From IMG/VR virus record IMGVR_UViG_3300025164_000635, positions 1 to 64,000 of that record: a DNA stretch of 64,000 nt. One strand, written 5' to 3'. The translations under genes were made by a program, and so were the position numbers. Within the stretch, counting starts at the first letter, position 1, and each line of letters opens with the position of its first letter. The stretch is from a virus. Shown one piece after another: positions 60,825 through 64,000 of this stretch. Under the pieces are notes generated by a model that made no database searches, was not told the origin of the DNA, and worked only from the letters and a program-made list of their open reading frames with translations.

Positions 60825-61151
60825 ATGGATCCCTCTTCAACAACCATCTTTCTATCCATCATGACCCTCATCACGCTCATGCTGGGCGGCCTGATCGCCG
60901 TAGACTATTACGATCGGTCCATCGCCCGATCGCGTGACTACGAGGTGAGGAAGCTCATCGTCGCTCCAGACGAAGTGGAGTTCACTGTTTACTTCCAGCG
61001 CCGGGCAGGATTTCGGTGTATCTCTCACACCGAAACCCTACGCGGGAAGAGGGAACTCCTCTTCGAGACGGGCAATATCCCAGAATGGGCCTTTGCTCGG
61101 GTGTCCACCATGCAGAGATACACGACACGACCCAGGAGTGCCCATGCCTGA
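60825..61151 (+). CDS. membrane-anchored hypothetical protein
   Basis: N-terminal TM helix; AAGGAG RBS. Confidence 0.6.
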   Translation: MDPSSTTIFLSIMTLITLMLGGLIAVDYYDRSIARSRDYEVRKLIVAPDEVEFTVYFQRRAGFRCISHTETLRGKRELLFETGNIPEWAFARVSTMQRYTTRPRSAHA

Positions 61152-61863
61152 TGAAGGACAATTGTCCTTCGTAGTTCAAGATGGAACCCACACTGAAAAA
61201 CCTAAAAGAGTAATCCGAGAAGTCATTGCCCGAGAGAACGTGACCTGGCGAGCCGATAACATAGGCGTGAAGTCGTTATCAACCCTGGAGCTCTTGTCCC
61301 TCGTCACGGGCGACGCCGAAGCTGCTGCAAACCTACTGGCCAGCAATGACATTGCCGACATGATGAAGATGAGTTGCGCCGAGATGACCAAGACCAAGGG
61401 AATCGGGAGGAAGCGTTCCTACCAGATATTGGCCGCTCTGGAACTGGGACGACGTTCCCTCACCACAGCGCCTATTGAGAGGACACAGATCCGCGCACCC
61501 GCCGATGCCGGCGACATCTTCATGGCCGACATGCAGAATCTGACCCAGGAAGAACTGCGTGTGATGGTGTTGGACACACGCAATCGAATCCTGGCAGTAC
61601 CCACCATCTACAAGGGATCTCTGAACACAACCTGGATTCGCACAGCCGAAGTATTCAAGCCGTGCATCTCCAGAGACGGGGCCGCCATCATTGTCGCGCA
61701 CAATCATCCAAGCGGTGATCCATCTCCTTCCTCAGAGGACATCAGCCTCACGAAGGAGATCATCAACGCCGGGAAGTTGCTGGACATCGAGGTACTCGAT
61801 CATCTCATCATCGGCCATCAGCGTTTCATCTCACTCAGGGAACGCGGCCTGGCCTTTGAATAA
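61144..61863 (+). CDS. radC: RadC family JAB/MPN domain protein
   Basis: LS..ELL, KGIG HhH, QEE..V..LDTRN, HNHPSGDPSPS.ED, LDHLIIG. Confidence 0.92.
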   Translation: MPDEGQLSFVVQDGTHTEKPKRVIREVIARENVTWRADNIGVKSLSTLELLSLVTGDAEAAANLLASNDIADMMKMSCAEMTKTKGIGRKRSYQILAALELGRRSLTTAPIERTQIRAPADAGDIFMADMQNLTQEELRVMVLDTRNRILAVPTIYKGSLNTTWIRTAEVFKPCISRDGAAIIVAHNHPSGDPSPSSEDISLTKEIINAGKLLDIEVLDHLIIGHQRFISLRERGLAFE

Positions 61864-61877
61864 AGGAGAACATAGCG

Positions 61878-62285
61878 ATGAACCACCTAAGCGCCTCTGA
61901 AGCATGTGAAGCGCACCGAAAGAGAATCACTGATAGGTTCGCTTCCATCCTGCGACAGCGATTCGAGGACCTCGACGAGGGTCATACCCTGCAAGCTGCA
62001 GAGCACGCGGCCTCTGCCTACATCGGATACCCTGAAGATTGGATCCGCAGACCCGAGACGGCCTTACTGAATTATCCCAAGCTGGTCGTCTGTGAATGCG
62101 GCAAACGATCGGTCGCGGAGTATCACTACGGAATCGGCTGGACACCGGTGGATCCCGAGTGGAAGATGCACCTGGGCTTTGAGCCGATGGTTTCTTACTG
62201 GTCATGTGGTCAGCCAAACCATAAGGCGACTGTTTGGCAGGAGTTGTTCATCCTGGAAGACATCCAGCAGGTGACCGAGCCATGA
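61878..62285 (+). CDS. hypothetical protein with Cys/His cluster
   Basis: AAGGAGA RBS; CECG...C...H. Confidence 0.6.
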   Translation: MNHLSASEACEAHRKRITDRFASILRQRFEDLDEGHTLQAAEHAASAYIGYPEDWIRRPETALLNYPKLVVCECGKRSVAEYHYGIGWTPVDPEWKMHLGFEPMVSYWSCGQPNHKATVWQELFILEDIQQVTEP

Positions 62286-62794
62286 TAAGGTTCAAGCTCA
62301 TCATCTACACCGATGGCTGTTGCTTCCCGGTGCCTAACTCAGCCGGGACAGGTGGCTATGCCGCCGTCCTACGCTATGGAGAGAGCACCAAAGAGATTGT
62401 CGGCGGTTTCCTGATGACCAATGCGCCTCGGATGGAACTCTACGGGGCACTCACGGCCCTGGAAGCACTCAAGAGGCCATGTCATGTCATCATCAGGAGT
62501 GACAGCAAGTACCTGGTCAATATGTTCGGGCAAGGGTGGGCCAGGAAGTGGAAGGCACAAGGATGGTACCTTGATCCCAGGGCCACCGTCCCACAGTTGG
62601 CCAAGAACGTTGACCTTGTGAGCCGGCTCCTGAACATGATTGATTCACACTTCTCGGTCAGGTTTGAGTGGGTGAGGGGCCACAACGGGGACCCCGATAA
62701 CGAGCGGTGTGACAAGCTGGCCCAGCAAGGAGCCGAAGAGGCTTACGAGCCGGACCCAGGCTACCAACCCAGACAGGAGGAGAGTGATGGGTAG
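62282..62794 (+). CDS. rnhA: ribonuclease HI
   Basis: YTDG, TN..RMEL, SDSKY, KNVDL, WVRGHNG.P.NERCDKLA. Confidence 0.93.
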   Translation: MIRFKLIIYTDGCCFPVPNSAGTGGYAAVLRYGESTKEIVGGFLMTNAPRMELYGALTALEALKRPCHVIIRSDSKYLVNMFGQGWARKWKAQGWYLDPRATVPQLAKNVDLVSRLLNMIDSHFSVRFEWVRGHNGDPDNERCDKLAQQGAEEAYEPDPGYQPRQEESDG

Positions 62795-63065
62795 CCAACC
62801 CAAGTACCGAGTCTGGTATGATGAGATGTCCGACCTCCTTCAGGAACCACTCACTCCTCGTGAGCAAGAAGTGGCGACCCTGGTTGTAGCCGGCCTGCGA
62901 AACAAAGAGATTGCTAACCGGCTCTGCATCAGTGTAGAGACGGTCAGGACGCATGTTGCCAATATCCTTGCCAAGCAGGGCATTTTAAGCCGGAAAGACA
63001 TCCGGTTGGGCGACTTGCAACCTGCCCCTTCCCTTGGCGTTCAAGCGGGAGAAAGCAAACCATGA
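62787..63065 (+). CDS. stand-alone LuxR-type HTH protein
   Basis: LTPREQEV..LV..GL.NKEIA.RL.IS.ETV.THV.NIL.K; no receiver domain. Confidence 0.9.
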   Translation: MGSQPKYRVWYDEMSDLLQEPLTPREQEVATLVVAGLRNKEIANRLCISVETVRTHVANILAKQGILSRKDIRLGDLQPAPSLGVQAGESKP

Positions 63066-63802
63066 AGACTAACCTTCTCGGATTCCACATCGAAGTCACG
63101 CATAACAGGCTCGCTAGTCTCAACATTCACCATGTCGATCGGCGCGCAGCATTGGAATACCCTGAGTTCACCACTACTAGCCCCACTCGGGTAAAGCTCA
63201 TGCGGATTAAGGCGGTGCTTCAGCTTCAGCCAGGAACATCAATGGCGGACGCCAAAGCTTGGGTCGAAGCCCAGAACTGGGGAGACCAAGTGCCTTCTGA
63301 GCAGGACGACAGCGATAGCAGGTCTGAGTATTACGGTTCACGCCAGGAAGAAAGGTGGGGCCTGGATGAGCCTCCAGATGAGAAGAGAGAGGCTGAGATC
63401 GCGCTGGTCAACAGACTCAGGGCCAGGCATCAGTGCCCCATCTGGCGCGGGAAGGACGGCTCACTCCATCCCATCTCACTCATGTCTCCCGGGCATCTCA
63501 CCAATGCCTTACGCCAACTCTATCGGAGACTGGCCAAGATCGCATCGGCCAGGATGTTCTACCACGATCCCTTCTGGGGCCCTCACGGTGATGGAGCCCA
63601 GGATGCAGCAGAACGGGCCATGGATGAGGCAGACGAGATCGAGTACCAGGTAGGGCTTTGGGCTACTGCCCTGGAAGGTGAGCTCGAGAGACGTGGCCTG
63701 CCCCTACCGGAGAGAGTGAAGGCCGAGCCGCCGCCCCGGGTCAAGAATGTCTGGGTTGAGGGAGCCTTCACCATTGCGGAGATCGATCGTGAAAAAGAGT
63801 AG
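63062..63802 (+). CDS. hypothetical protein (W...DG....I..M...HL.N motif)
   Basis: ATGA coupling; 246 aa. Confidence 0.6.
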   Translation: MKTNLLGFHIEVTHNRLASLNIHHVDRRAALEYPEFTTTSPTRVKLMRIKAVLQLQPGTSMADAKAWVEAQNWGDQVPSEQDDSDSRSEYYGSRQEERWGLDEPPDEKREAEIALVNRLRARHQCPIWRGKDGSLHPISLMSPGHLTNALRQLYRRLAKIASARMFYHDPFWGPHGDGAQDAAERAMDEADEIEYQVGLWATALEGELERRGLPLPERVKAEPPPRVKNVWVEGAFTIAEIDREKE

Positions 63803-64000
63803 AGAGAAGCGTTTCCAGTGGGTCTCCCGCTGGCACTTCTCGCCCAAGAAGTGACGCTAGGTGACACACCTTTCGGATAGGATGAAGACATGAGCCTGGA
63901 AGACATCCTCAGAGACTACGCCCACCAGTTCGGCATCGATGATTCGTTCATTGAGGCGAGTGACCACCCCTACACCTGCGGCTGTAGCAAATGTAAGAAT

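Noticed and set aside
1-64000. Integrase/att site, DNA polymerase, helicase or primase, rRNA
   Set aside because: No supporting motifs seen; the replication module probably lies outside the window, so lifestyle cannot be called.

Overview
The window looks like a large part of a tailed dsDNA phage genome (about 60% GC by eye, siphovirus-like). A Chloroflexota-type host is a weak inference from the gene content. A minus-strand late module (~49,500 to 10,968) runs terminase, portal, scaffold, major capsid, connectors, tail tube, chaperones, a 3,153-aa protein in the tape-measure position, tail tip/fibres, a sensor histidine kinase and holin-like membrane proteins. Plus-strand early/middle modules (49,812-64,000 and 1-10,852) encode many small proteins, three DNA methyltransferases, a PD-(D/E)xK endonuclease, a LexA-type DNA-binding protein, a GT-C glycosyltransferase, RadC, RNase HI, a LuxR HTH protein and a Csx15-like protein. 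The main finding is a probable two-RNA-polymerase system. (1) The tape-measure-position protein carries, in order, an N-terminal PD-(D/E)xK nuclease motif set, beta-like and beta'-like two-barrel RNAP motifs including RFQGDADGDQVALF, a Pro-rich linker and a tape-measure-like C-terminal half, suggesting a virion-injected RNAP fused to the tape measure. (2) An 800-aa early gene encodes a YonO/RdRP-like single-subunit RNAP (GGDCDGD). (3) The first early genes are each preceded by a repeated, covarying multi-hairpin element (GGG-ACTAGAG-CCC) that could be the promoter. Several structured non-coding stretches (55.6-58.2 kb) and a candidate cOA ring-nuclease anti-CRISPR are also present. All calls come from motif recognition by eye; no database searches were run.
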